A DNA stretch of 43,593 bases from Minisyncoccota bacterium (GTDB lineage: Bacteria > Patescibacteriota > Minisyncoccia > Phycocordibacterales > CAIZLB01). The position numbers were made by a program, and so were the translations under genes. The stretch spans positions 1-43,593 of the forward strand of contig JAIPIA010000002.1 in assembly GCA_021734945.1 (NCBI GenBank), in the 5' to 3' direction. Shown here one piece after another: positions 23,839 to 33,906 of this stretch (within the stretch, counting starts at the first letter, position 1; each line of letters opens with the position of its first letter). Under the pieces are notes generated by a model. It ran no database searches, had not been told where the DNA came from, and was given only the letters and a program-made list of their open reading frames with translations.

Positions 23839-24318
23839 TTAGGCTTTCTTGTCACAACCCGCACAGTCACATCCAGCATCATTAGCCGCACATACACCAT
23901 CTTTTACAGGACAACCACATCGTGCGCCAATACTGTACTTTCCAGGACCTGTATAAAGTAGACCCACAGTAACTGCAAAGAGTGAGAGTACAAACTCATA
24001 ACCACCTTTTCCAACTGAAAAACCATTTGGACCATGAACTTTAACTATTGCAGTAAGTGTAACGATAGCAAGAAGTGCTGATGCAATCTTTGAACCGTAT
24101 CCAATGATAAGTGAAATACCTCCCATGAATTCTACCCACGCTACAAGGTATGCCAAAAATGGTGCAAAACCGAGTTTTCCAAAAAATCCTACTGTCATCG
24201 CCATGGCACCAAGTTTCTGGTATCCATGAACAACAAAAATAGCACCAACAACTACTCGAATAATAAGAAGTCCGAAATCTTTATTGTGAAATATACTTTT
24301 GAGTTCTACTTTTTTCAT
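23839..24318 (-). CDS. DoxX-family membrane protein with a Cys-rich C-terminal tail
   Basis: It has four TM segments of DoxX type (GLLIIRVVVGAIFVVHGYQKL...). The tail is GARCGCPVKDGVCAANDAGCDCAGCDKKA. Confidence 0.85.
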   Translation of the reverse strand: MKKVELKSIFHNKDFGLLIIRVVVGAIFVVHGYQKLGAMAMTVGFFGKLGFAPFLAYLVAWVEFMGGISLIIGYGSKIASALLAIVTLTAIVKVHGPNGFSVGKGGYEFVLSLFAVTVGLLYTGPGKYSIGARCGCPVKDGVCAANDAGCDCAGCDKKA

Positions 24319-24345
24319 TTTATCCTGTTAATTTGATATATAAAC

Positions 24346-24354
24346 ATTATATCA
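24346..24354 (-). promoter_or_regulatory. Extended -10 TGaTATAAT for DoxX (27-nt leader)
   Basis: The minus strand reads cgTGaTATAATgtttatatatc...ATG. Confidence 0.6.
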
Positions 24355-24391
24355 CGCCCCTAAATATGCTACCATGTGGACATAAACAACC

Positions 24392-25801
24392 ATGCAATCA
24401 CAGGGTCAAAAATCAATAACCTCATCAATAGAAACAGAGTTTTCACGAGATACTTTGTGGGACCTCATAGTCATTGGTGGTGGGCCTTCTGGAATGATGG
24501 CAGCAGGAAGAGCTGCAGAGCTTGGGTCACATGTACTCATCCTCGAAAAAAATGAATCTCTCGGTAAAAAACTTCTCATTACAGGAGGTGGTAGATGTAA
24601 CGTAACAAACTCAGAATTTGATACTCGCGTCCTATTGGCAAAATTTAAAGATGGCGGAAAATTTCTATTCTCCCCTTTTTCACAATACGGAGTTAAGGAA
24701 ACTTTGGATTTTTTCCATCGTAATGGAATGGATACAAAAGTTGAAAATGAAAAACGAACATTCCCAGTAAGCGACAACGCTGGATCAGTTCTCGAAGTTT
24801 TAAAAAAATATATGCAGAGCGGGCATGTAGTAATTCAATCTAATGCTGAAGTTAGTGGATTTGTATTAAGCCAGAAAATGGACTCAGACAAAGTTACGGA
24901 AAATGGCGCGAGTAATAAAACTTCAGATTCAGCTCCAAAAACTATCACAGGCGTCAAAATAAAAGGGGACGATACGGTTTTCGGCAAAAAATTTGTGCTT
25001 GCTACCGGTGGAAAATCACGCCCTGAAACTGGCTCAACAGGTGACGGCTTTGCATGGGCAAAACAGCTCGGTCACACAGTGGTAGAACCAAGTGCGTCTC
25101 TTGTGCCACTCAAAGCAAAAGATGTATGGATTAAAAATCTTGCTGGGATAACACTAGGCGAAGTTAAGATAACCATTTTACAAAATGGAGTTAGACAAAA
25201 TAAGCCTGTAAAAGGAAAAATACTTTTTACACATGTGGGAGTTAGTGGACCAACTGTGCTCAATTTAAGCAAGGACGTTGGTGAACTTCTCAAATACGGA
25301 GATGTATTTATTTCAGTTGATGTACTACCAAATATTGATCAAGCAACGCTTGATACAAAACTTAATACGTTGTTCCGTACTGAAATTAATAAAAAATTGA
25401 AGAATTGTTTAGGATTAATTGGCGGTGCACATGAGACCGACAATAGTCCGTTACTACCGACAGCACTCATAAAATCTGTCATAGAGATTTCAGGCGTAGA
25501 TGGCGAGACACCAGCTCATAGCGTTACAAAAGAGGATCGACGAAAGATTCTAGCTACGTTAAAAGGGCTAACGATACAGATTAGTGGTCTACTTGGGACA
25601 GATAAAGCCATTGTTACGTCAGGTGGAGTTGTTCTCACTGAAATTGAACCAAAAACAATGCAATCACGAATACACCCTAACCTATATCTTGTTGGAGACA
25701 TGCTCAATATAGATAGACCGTCAGGCGGCTATAGTTTACAACTTTGCTGGACTACTGGGTATGTAGCTGGGAATGATGCGGGCAGCAATGTAGGTAAATA
25801 A
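24392..25801 (+). CDS. NAD(P)/FAD-dependent oxidoreductase, HI0933/BaiN-like family
   Basis: It has the Rossmann motif VIGGGPSGMMAAGRAAELG and the family motif TGGGRCNVTN. Confidence 0.88.
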   Translation: MQSQGQKSITSSIETEFSRDTLWDLIVIGGGPSGMMAAGRAAELGSHVLILEKNESLGKKLLITGGGRCNVTNSEFDTRVLLAKFKDGGKFLFSPFSQYGVKETLDFFHRNGMDTKVENEKRTFPVSDNAGSVLEVLKKYMQSGHVVIQSNAEVSGFVLSQKMDSDKVTENGASNKTSDSAPKTITGVKIKGDDTVFGKKFVLATGGKSRPETGSTGDGFAWAKQLGHTVVEPSASLVPLKAKDVWIKNLAGITLGEVKITILQNGVRQNKPVKGKILFTHVGVSGPTVLNLSKDVGELLKYGDVFISVDVLPNIDQATLDTKLNTLFRTEINKKLKNCLGLIGGAHETDNSPLLPTALIKSVIEISGVDGETPAHSVTKEDRRKILATLKGLTIQISGLLGTDKAIVTSGGVVLTEIEPKTMQSRIHPNLYLVGDMLNIDRPSGGYSLQLCWTTGYVAGNDAGSNVGK

Positions 25802-25814
25802 AAAGTGCAACCAA

Positions 25815-27437
25815 TTAGATTCCGTAAATATTCTTATACTTCTTCTCTAAATATTCAGCAAAATATCTACTATTAAGTTCCTCACCTGTTACTTTTTTGA
25901 CAAGCTGACTTGCTGAGTAAGTTCTGCCATGTGTATGAATATTTTTTCGAAGCCAAGCAAGAATTTCTTTGAATTCACCTTTTGCAATCTGCTTGTATGC
26001 TTGAGGATTTTCTTTGATAAGTGAATTCCAAAACTGTGCCGCATAAAGATTACCTAATGAATATGTTGGAAAATATCCAAAAAGACCACATGACCAGTGA
26101 ACATCTTGCAAACAACCGAGTGTGTTTGTTGTTACATCAACGCCTAGATAATCTTTCATTTTTGATTTCCAAATCTGAGGCACATCTTTTACTTCTATTG
26201 AACCCTCTATCAATTCCTTTTCAATTTCAAAACGTATAACAATGTGCAAGTTATATGCCACCTCATCCGCGTCTGTTCGTATGAATGATGGATTCACTTT
26301 ATTTACATACTCATAAAGATTCTGCGAATCGAGGAAAGTACTATCAAAATTATTACTGAACTCTTTTTGAATTTGTTTAGCTAACCAACTTGAAAATTCC
26401 TTAGTTTTACCAATATTATTTTCCCACATTCTAGACTGCGATTCGTGGATACCTAATGAAACCGCTTCAGCTAGAGGTGTACCGAAATGCTCAACTGGCA
26501 AACCTTGCTCATATAGTGCATGCCCCGCTTCATGCATAGTAGAAGCAATAGCATAAAAGAAATCATCTGTTTTATATCGAGTTGTAAAGCGCACATCGTT
26601 TGGGTGTATACCTGTGCTAAATGGATGGGTGCTTTCTGCAATCTTTCCAGCTTCTAAATCAAAGCCAAGAGTCTTAGCTATTTGTGTGTTGAAAGTAAAT
26701 TGATTTGCAATAGAGATGTCCTTTGTCTGTTTTATATGTTTTATTTTATCACTTGTTACTGCACTCTTGCTAGCATCCTGAATTTTCTTTAAAAATGGAA
26801 TCAAAAAATCCTTAAGATCATTTAAAATCTTACTTATCTCTACAGTAGTAGTACCTGGCTCATACGTATCAATAAGTGCATCGTAGGGTGAACCATTCTT
26901 TTTGTCATATCCGACATACCGAGCTTCTGTTCGTTTCAATGTGACTATCTTTGAAAGCCATGGTGCAAAAAGTTCAAACTTATTTTTTGCGCGAGCATCT
27001 GCCCATATATGTTGAGCTTTTGAAGTCGTGTACGAAAGTTCTTTTACAAAAACCTCTGGCAATTTCTTCTCGCGTTCATATGAACGCCATGTATGATGAA
27101 CAATAACCGCATCTTTACCTTTAATGAGCTTCTCATCAAGCGCTGTTTTGAGCTTAGAAAGTAACTTGTCCTTATTGAGGTCTACAAACATTTTATGTGA
27201 CAAGCCCGCAAGGTACGAAACATTCTCAGCACGACTGTCAGCAGCTTTTGGAGGCATATATGTCTCTTGGTCCCAATACAAAATTCCTAACGCAGTGTTT
27301 AGGTGCGAAATATCAGTTAAACGCTTTTTTAGTTCTGTAAGCTGAATTTTTAGAGAAGCTGAACTAGAGGTAATACCAGCAGATTTTGAATTATTGACCC
27401 CGAGGTCTTTAACAGTAGAAGTTTTTTTAGTTGGCAT
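25815..27437 (-). CDS. Carboxypeptidase M32 (Taq-type metallocarboxypeptidase)
   Basis: It has HEAGHALYEQG (HExxH), HESQSRMWEN and IRTDADEVAYNLHI. Confidence 0.92.
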   Translation of the reverse strand: MPTKKTSTVKDLGVNNSKSAGITSSSASLKIQLTELKKRLTDISHLNTALGILYWDQETYMPPKAADSRAENVSYLAGLSHKMFVDLNKDKLLSKLKTALDEKLIKGKDAVIVHHTWRSYEREKKLPEVFVKELSYTTSKAQHIWADARAKNKFELFAPWLSKIVTLKRTEARYVGYDKKNGSPYDALIDTYEPGTTTVEISKILNDLKDFLIPFLKKIQDASKSAVTSDKIKHIKQTKDISIANQFTFNTQIAKTLGFDLEAGKIAESTHPFSTGIHPNDVRFTTRYKTDDFFYAIASTMHEAGHALYEQGLPVEHFGTPLAEAVSLGIHESQSRMWENNIGKTKEFSSWLAKQIQKEFSNNFDSTFLDSQNLYEYVNKVNPSFIRTDADEVAYNLHIVIRFEIEKELIEGSIEVKDVPQIWKSKMKDYLGVDVTTNTLGCLQDVHWSCGLFGYFPTYSLGNLYAAQFWNSLIKENPQAYKQIAKGEFKEILAWLRKNIHTHGRTYSASQLVKKVTGEELNSRYFAEYLEKKYKNIYGI

Positions 27438-27443
27438 TTTGCC

Positions 27444-27452
27444 ATTTTATCA
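27444..27452 (-). promoter_or_regulatory. Extended -10 TGaTAAAAT, 6 nt upstream of ATG 27437 (leaderless-type)
   Basis: The minus strand reads tgTGaTAAAATggcaaaATG. Confidence 0.6.
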
Positions 27453-27486
27453 CAAAATAGAGATAGCCAAAGAAGGCTAAATGAGA

Positions 27487-28872
27487 CTAGATAAGACCCT
27501 TTTTCTTCATGTTAGCTAGTTTGAAAGATTCAATCTTACTAACCTTATTTGATGTAGAAATTACAGGTACAGATGAGACTGAAGCAACCACAGCGACCTC
27601 CTTTTTTCGAGCAATCATGAACGCTGCAAACAAACTCCAGAGCAATAGACCTGTTGTGAAAAGTGCCATTTTAAAACCGAATGCAATACCAGTTGAAGGG
27701 ACTTGAGAAAGAAATACTCCCGACACAGATCGTCCAACGTTTGAGCCTGAGTTGTATGAACTTCCAGAATAATTTGTGTACGTATTTGTAGGATATGTAT
27801 ATGTTACTGGGTTTGTGTATGTAGCTGGGTATGTATAGTTTGATGGATAAGATGTATAAGTAAATCCTCCTGTACCATAGTTGTAACTATTGTATCCATT
27901 ATATCCGTTGTAATAATTTGAACCATTATAGTAATTGCCATTGTTGTAATTACCATTGTAATAACTTCCAGAAACAGTTACATACAAACTTGCACATGAA
28001 GAACTACCGTACTGTGAACAGATATTAATTGTTGCTGAACCAACACTATTTCCATAAATTATTACTGTATTACCACTAATGCTTGCTGAGAAAAATTGTG
28101 AACCAGGGTTATTAGAAATGTAGTAATTTTGTGAACCGTAGTTAGAACCATAGTATGTGCCGTTGTTGTAACTATTAATATATACCGTCTGACTTTGACC
28201 AGGTGCTACAGTTACAGAACTCGGACTAAGATAAATTGAACCCGTGCCGTAGTTACCGCCATATGTCGAGTTAACTGTTACAGCTACAGATGTACATGTA
28301 GTAGTTGTACCGAGCGAACATACACTGATAGTCGCGTACCCTGTACCCACAGCGTTAAGAGTAAGAATACTTCCAGAAATAGATGTACCTACAATACCTG
28401 AATTAGAATTTGAATTAACGTAATATCCACTACCATTACCACCAGAAATACTCACAGATGTACTTTGCCCTTGATTCATTGAGACATTTGATTGACTCAA
28501 AAATACATTTCCACCAGCAATAGAAGGCCATGTAGAATTAGATGACTGTTGCCCATTTACAACGACATACACACTTGCCCCAGAAGGAATATTGTATGAA
28601 CCAGAATTTAAAGTATTACTAAAATACCCAGTACTATTTGTAGTACCGATTGAACCTACTGAATTTATGATAGATGAGCCTATATTGTAGTAATAGAGGT
28701 TTACAGCCTGATTTGGATCACCATACACTGAAACCAGTACCATATTTGTACCAGCAGAGGCAAAAGCCAGACTTGGGACAGCAGCTTCAGCTATCTGAGG
28801 CGTTGCAACACCAATTAGAGCACTCAATGACAGTGTTAAAATGGCTAGATATAAGGATATTTTGTTAATCAT
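27487..28872 (-). CDS. Cell-surface protein: signal peptide, two Ig-like (Big-type) modules, N/Y/G-rich tract, VPSTG motif plus TM plus cytoplasmic tail
   Basis: The start is set at MINKISLYLAILTLSLSALIGVATPQIAEA (ATG 28872). The repeated modules read LSQSNVSMNQGQSTSVSISG...ATISVCS and LSPSSVTVAPGQSQTVYI...ATINICSQ. The low-complexity tract is YYNGNYNNGNYYNGSNYYNGYNGYNSYNYG. It ends LSQVPSTG followed by IAFGFKMALFTTGLLLWSLFAAFMIARKK. Confidence 0.8.
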   Translation of the reverse strand: MINKISLYLAILTLSLSALIGVATPQIAEAAVPSLAFASAGTNMVLVSVYGDPNQAVNLYYYNIGSSIINSVGSIGTTNSTGYFSNTLNSGSYNIPSGASVYVVVNGQQSSNSTWPSIAGGNVFLSQSNVSMNQGQSTSVSISGGNGSGYYVNSNSNSGIVGTSISGSILTLNAVGTGYATISVCSLGTTTTCTSVAVTVNSTYGGNYGTGSIYLSPSSVTVAPGQSQTVYINSYNNGTYYGSNYGSQNYYISNNPGSQFFSASISGNTVIIYGNSVGSATINICSQYGSSSCASLYVTVSGSYYNGNYNNGNYYNGSNYYNGYNGYNSYNYGTGGFTYTSYPSNYTYPATYTNPVTYTYPTNTYTNYSGSSYNSGSNVGRSVSGVFLSQVPSTGIAFGFKMALFTTGLLLWSLFAAFMIARKKEVAVVASVSSVPVISTSNKVSKIESFKLANMKKKGLI

Positions 28873-28986
28873 AATAGTAGGATATGTATAAATGGGCTTT
28901 ATAATGCCTGCATAGTACACCTATTACACAACAATTTCAAGGGTTTGAGAATGCTCTACTTTAGGAAGGAATTTTACATATTACTG

Positions 28987-30840
28987 CTAACTCTCCCTTT
29001 TATTGTGTAAAAGCATCTCTACAGCGTGATCAAATGATCCAGCAGGAGTAACAGAACCACCACCTACAAAGAATATTTCGTCCGCATTTTGAATAGTATT
29101 CAAACGGTGAGCAATAATAACTTTTGTTGTAGAAGCAGGAAGTTTATTGAGCACCTCTTCAAGTAATGTTTCTGTAACCGTATCAATATTTGCAGTCGCC
29201 TCATCAAGAATAAGAAGTTCAGGTTTACGCAAAATTGCTCTCATAAATGCAATAATTTGTTTTTGACCAAGACTCATTCCCTCACCCGCTCCCGTAATGA
29301 CAGTGTCTAAACCTTTTTCAAACGGAGAAAGAAGTCGGGCAAAATATTTCATTTCATCTTCAATAGAATTATCCTTTGCGCGCATGTTGCCATATAAAAT
29401 ATTTTCTCGAACAGTACCATTAGATAAAAAAGGCTCTTGCAAAATAAAACCTATTTTTTGAGTCCTTTCTTCTGAGGTAAATGTCCGTATATCGTGGCCA
29501 TCGAGACTAACAGTCCCCTCTGTTGGATCAAAAAGTCGTGCCATAAGTGAAGCTGTAGTGGTTTTACCACCACCAGTTGGACCAACTAGTGCGTATGTTT
29601 TTCCAGGCATCAGATTAAAGCTTACATCTTTTATAACAAAGGTTTTGTCTGGGTTTTCAATTTCACCATAACTAAATGATACATTTTTGAATGACAGGAG
29701 CGTATTTGTTTTTTTGATATCAGCGCTACTTAAATTTTGACTTTCATTTCCACCAACAACTTTATTCTCAGTATCTATTACTAACAAGTTTGACTTTAGA
29801 TCCAAGACTTCATTAATACGATCCCATCCTGCAAGCGAAAGCTGAAATGATGTCCAGATAGAAGCAAACTGTCGTAGAGGGTAATAAAAACGTTCAGCAT
29901 AAGTGAAAAAGGCTAACATCATACCAATAGTCGCCATTCCTAGTGAGATAAGGTATATACCGTATGCGAGCACTATCAATTGCGCAATATTTGCTGCCAA
30001 ATCATACATAGGAGCAACTGTAGAATTTGCAATACTTGCCTTCATATTTGCATTAAAGGTCGTCTGATTTGCTTCCTCAAATTTCTTTTTAAAATAATCC
30101 CGACGATTGAATGCCACGATTACTTTAAAGTTGTTCAGACTTTCCTGTATCTCAGCACTCATACCTCCTATTGATTGCAAACTCTTTTTATTCCTACTTT
30201 TGAGCCAATCACCTATGAGTTTAGTAATTATAAGAAGGCACAGTGCAGGTAAAAGCATTGCGCCACCAAACTTGAAACTCACTACAAGAACCGTAACAGC
30301 AATACCTACAAGTGTGAAAATACTATCAACAAAACGAGTAATATATTGTGAAAAAAATTGATTTAGAAGTTCCGTGTCGTTATTTATACGAGAAATCAAA
30401 TCACCTGCTTTATTCTGATTAAAAAATTGAATTGGCAACTCTTGGAGTTTTTTGAAAATATTATTTCTAAGTTTCCAAACAACACGCTGGCCAATACCTC
30501 CAGTAAGTATCATCTGAAAGTAAGTAGTGAAGAACGTTGATATATACATAACAATCAATATACCCGCGCATACAAACACACCATGAATATTACCTGTGGA
30601 AATATAATGATCCACAGCATACGCCAAAAGTAATGGAGATGAGAGGTTAAGTAATGAATTCACAGTGACAGTTCCAAGCGCAAAAAAAGCAGTCCTCTTT
30701 TCATCTTTCATAAGACCAAGAATTTCACGAATAGAAGTCAGAAAACTTTTCTTTGGAGCTTTTATCGGCGCTTTTGGTGTCAGCCCCCCATCTTGAGTCT
30801 CTACTCCTTTTATATTTTTTTTATTAAGATTGTAATTCAT
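28987..30840 (-). CDS. ABC exporter half-transporter (TMD-NBD), subunit with a degenerate signature motif
   Basis: It has six TM helices, Walker A GPTGGGKTT, signature MSLGQKQ and Walker B LILDEATANID. Confidence 0.9.
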   Translation of the reverse strand: MNYNLNKKNIKGVETQDGGLTPKAPIKAPKKSFLTSIREILGLMKDEKRTAFFALGTVTVNSLLNLSSPLLLAYAVDHYISTGNIHGVFVCAGILIVMYISTFFTTYFQMILTGGIGQRVVWKLRNNIFKKLQELPIQFFNQNKAGDLISRINNDTELLNQFFSQYITRFVDSIFTLVGIAVTVLVVSFKFGGAMLLPALCLLIITKLIGDWLKSRNKKSLQSIGGMSAEIQESLNNFKVIVAFNRRDYFKKKFEEANQTTFNANMKASIANSTVAPMYDLAANIAQLIVLAYGIYLISLGMATIGMMLAFFTYAERFYYPLRQFASIWTSFQLSLAGWDRINEVLDLKSNLLVIDTENKVVGGNESQNLSSADIKKTNTLLSFKNVSFSYGEIENPDKTFVIKDVSFNLMPGKTYALVGPTGGGKTTTASLMARLFDPTEGTVSLDGHDIRTFTSEERTQKIGFILQEPFLSNGTVRENILYGNMRAKDNSIEDEMKYFARLLSPFEKGLDTVITGAGEGMSLGQKQIIAFMRAILRKPELLILDEATANIDTVTETLLEEVLNKLPASTTKVIIAHRLNTIQNADEIFFVGGGSVTPAGSFDHAVEMLLHNKRES

Positions 30841-32581
30841 AGTTTGTTGTACTTTTTTGTGATTCGAAAATCTGAACGTACTCAGGGGAATTATGCATTA
30901 ATGTGTCGTGCGTTCCACTTGCAAGAAGTTCACCTTCCATCAAAAGTATTATTTGATCATACTTCTCCACTGCCTGTATCTTTTGAGTAACAGATATTAA
31001 AGTTAGGTCTGGATAATTTTGAGCAATATTTTCCAAAATCTTTTTTTCTGTTGAAGCATCCACTCGAGCTGTAAAGTCATCTAGCAATAGTATTTTTGGA
31101 TTGAGAGCAAGTGCGCGAGCAAGCATAACACGTTGTTTCTGACCACCCGAGAGTGTAGTTCCTCGTTCTGAAACAAGAGTATTTAGTCCTTCCGGCAATG
31201 TATTCACAAAGTCACCGAGCTCTGCTGTCTCAATAGCTAGTCGAAGAGATTCGTCCACCACATCATTGCTGAATGCAATATTTTCACGGAGTGACAAGTT
31301 GAACATAACACTATCTTGGAACACAAAACCAATCTGACTGTACATACTAGCCTTTTCATATTCAGAAAGTGATGTGTCATCAAAAAGTACATCACCCGAG
31401 TTTGGTGTGACAAGACCTATAAGGGCATACATGAGTTGAGTTTTACCAGCGGCTGTAGGACCCATGATAGCTGTACGTGTCTTTGATTTGATGGAAAATG
31501 AAATATCCTTGAGAATATTTTTGTCTCCAATGCTAAGAGAAAGGTTTTTTACCTCCACAGTACCTGTTAACTCTTTAACTACTGTTCCACCGTCTTTCTT
31601 TACCTCTGCATAAAGTACATTTTGCACACGAGCGTATGAGGCTTGTGAACGGCCAATAACACTCGACATGAAACCAATGATAAATATTGGGAAAATAAGA
31701 ATCATCATATAACTCTGAAATGCCGCAAAATCTCCGAGAGTCATACTTCCACCAATGACAAAATATCCACCAAGTGTAAGTATAGTGACAGACGCTAAGC
31801 TAGCTGTGAATGTTATAAACGGCAACATTCCTGAAAAGAGTTTTAAAATCTGCATACCATTATCTCTTGCCTCAGTATTAACAACCGTAAACTTTTCAAT
31901 CTCAGTACTACCACTATTGATTACACGTACAAGTGCAGCACCGAGCACACTTCCTGATATAACAGCGTTGAGCTTGTCTATTATCCCCTGACTTTCTCCA
32001 AAAAGAGGTCCCATTTTAGAAAATGCAAAAAAGAAGACAACACCAATTATTGGGATAGTAAGAAGCACTGCAAGTGCGAGTTGCCAATTGATCATCATAA
32101 TAAGAACACTCGCTCCTATAAGAGTAAAAATAGAAACAATAATCTGGACACTGGCTTGCGATACAAACATTTTAATAGCATCAACGTCAGACGTAAGGTT
32201 CGTCAAAAGTTTAGATGGGGTTTCTTGTTCTATAAATGAATACGGTTCATCTGCTATCTTTCCAGAAAGACGTGTACGGAGTTCTTTCGAAACACGTTCC
32301 CCTACATAGCTTTGCATAAGTGACTCACCATACATAAGGACAAGGATAAGTATTGAAAGTCCAGAAAATTCATATACCAGCGTAGATATAATAAGATTTC
32401 CATTTGTAAAAGCATCAATACCACGTCTAATAAGCTGTGGTAATGTTAAATTTAGGATATTTACTGCAATAGAAAAAGCCAACGAACTTAAGACGAGCCC
32501 CTTATACTCTTTTAAGAGAGAGAAAACTGAACGAGGGGCACTCTCCTTTTTGATGTGATCTTGAGTAGTCGATTTTTGCAT
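30824..32581 (-). CDS. ABC exporter half-transporter (TMD-NBD), subunit lacking the catalytic Glu
   Basis: It has Walker A GPTAAGKTQ, signature LSGGQKQR and Walker B LLLDDFTARVD (D in place of E). It overlaps the partner gene's start by 17 nt. Confidence 0.9.
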   Translation of the reverse strand: MQKSTTQDHIKKESAPRSVFSLLKEYKGLVLSSLAFSIAVNILNLTLPQLIRRGIDAFTNGNLIISTLVYEFSGLSILILVLMYGESLMQSYVGERVSKELRTRLSGKIADEPYSFIEQETPSKLLTNLTSDVDAIKMFVSQASVQIIVSIFTLIGASVLIMMINWQLALAVLLTIPIIGVVFFFAFSKMGPLFGESQGIIDKLNAVISGSVLGAALVRVINSGSTEIEKFTVVNTEARDNGMQILKLFSGMLPFITFTASLASVTILTLGGYFVIGGSMTLGDFAAFQSYMMILIFPIFIIGFMSSVIGRSQASYARVQNVLYAEVKKDGGTVVKELTGTVEVKNLSLSIGDKNILKDISFSIKSKTRTAIMGPTAAGKTQLMYALIGLVTPNSGDVLFDDTSLSEYEKASMYSQIGFVFQDSVMFNLSLRENIAFSNDVVDESLRLAIETAELGDFVNTLPEGLNTLVSERGTTLSGGQKQRVMLARALALNPKILLLDDFTARVDASTEKKILENIAQNYPDLTLISVTQKIQAVEKYDQIILLMEGELLASGTHDTLMHNSPEYVQIFESQKSTTNYELQS

Positions 32582-32590
32582 AGATTCAGT

Positions 32591-32596
32591 ATTATA
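32591..32596 (-). promoter_or_regulatory. -10 TATAAT, 9 nt upstream of ATG 32581
   Basis: The minus strand reads ctaTATAATactgaatctATG. Confidence 0.5.
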
Positions 32597-32625
32597 TAGA
32601 AAAAGACGTTTAAAAGACAGTCTGG

Positions 32626-33900
32626 TTACACTTGTTCTTCAGCACTTCTATAGTCCGGTATTTTTCTTATAAAGAAGTACCCAATAACTACAAATACAAC
32701 CATAGACAACACAGCCATACGATATCCGAATATAGAATTTTCTCCATATGATCGAATAATCAACCCCCAACTCAGTGGACCAGCAAAAGTTGCGAAACGC
32801 TCCATCAATGTGTAGAAAGAAAATCCATAATTCATTTCACCAACAGGCAATACCCCACTGAGATATGCCCGAGTGACCGACCAAATCGACCCATACAAAA
32901 ATCCTACTACCACAGTGTCTAGAACAAATATCTTGAATGAAGTTGTAGCTGAAAGAATCGGAATAAGAACAATCCAACATAGGAGCAGTATTTTCATGGT
33001 TTTTTTCATACCAATACAGTCTGCGAGTCGCCCCGAGACATACGCGCCTATTGCGGACATGATCAGGATACAAAGTATCATCACGGACTTTGAAGTATCA
33101 CTGACAGCAAACACTTTTTGTATATAAATTGGAAAATTATTTGAAAGCGTAAGGATAGCATCATTAAAAAAGAAAAATGAAATAAGAAATAATCCCGCTG
33201 GAGAATATTTCAAAAAATTATAAAATTTTGAAGCAGATCCCCTGACTTCGGATCGGACTTCGGCATAAGTTATCTTTACATTTTTAGTAGAGTAATTACC
33301 AATATCACTGCTACCTTTTTCTCTAAAGAAAATCATCATCGGTAGAGCTAAGACAAAAAATATAATCGTAGCTGGTAAAAGTGGAGCAGCTCTTCCTGAC
33401 GACGCAAACGGGATAGCAATCAAAACCCCTGCTATCTGCCCTATCCAATTTACTGTTTGTCCAATTCCTGATATATGCCCTCTCTTTTCAAATGGTGCCA
33501 ACTCCTCAATCATTGGATTGTAGAAGACAAATGAAAATTGATAGAAGTACTGAGCTAGGAGATATAAGATTGCTACAAGCCATACATATTGTATTCCAAG
33601 ACGTGCAACAATTGCTGTTGCTGCAAAAAATACAAATGTTCCAATAGTAGTAATATTTAAGAATATTTTTCTCCGTTTAATCTTGTCACTAATAGATGCC
33701 ATTAATGGAGCAGTCAAAAGGAGCAGTATCGTACTACCTACAAAAATTGAATTAAACCAAAACGAAGAAAGATCTCCGTCTATGACGAGCCACTGTGAAA
33801 GATATAAAAAGAAACTAATGATTACTATAGAGTTTGCAAAGTCGTACAGAGCCCAGAGAAAAATATTACGCTTATTGATTGAAACTATTTTCGGCAACAT
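32626..33900 (-). CDS. MFS transporter, UMF1/Atg22-like family
   Basis: It has WALYDFANS near the N-terminus and about 12 TM segments. The start is set at ATG 33900 (MLPKIV...) because TATAAT lies 6 nt upstream. Confidence 0.85.
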   Translation of the reverse strand: MLPKIVSINKRNIFLWALYDFANSIVIISFFLYLSQWLVIDGDLSSFWFNSIFVGSTILLLLTAPLMASISDKIKRRKIFLNITTIGTFVFFAATAIVARLGIQYVWLVAILYLLAQYFYQFSFVFYNPMIEELAPFEKRGHISGIGQTVNWIGQIAGVLIAIPFASSGRAAPLLPATIIFFVLALPMMIFFREKGSSDIGNYSTKNVKITYAEVRSEVRGSASKFYNFLKYSPAGLFLISFFFFNDAILTLSNNFPIYIQKVFAVSDTSKSVMILCILIMSAIGAYVSGRLADCIGMKKTMKILLLCWIVLIPILSATTSFKIFVLDTVVVGFLYGSIWSVTRAYLSGVLPVGEMNYGFSFYTLMERFATFAGPLSWGLIIRSYGENSIFGYRMAVLSMVVFVVIGYFFIRKIPDYRSAEEQV

Positions 33901-33906
33901 ATTTAC

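Noticed and set aside
23485-23961. A 158-aa plus-strand ORF spanning the PIF1 N-terminus, the intergenic terminator and the DoxX 3' end.
   Set aside because: It crosses a strong terminator hairpin and two well-supported minus-strand genes, so it is a chance open frame.
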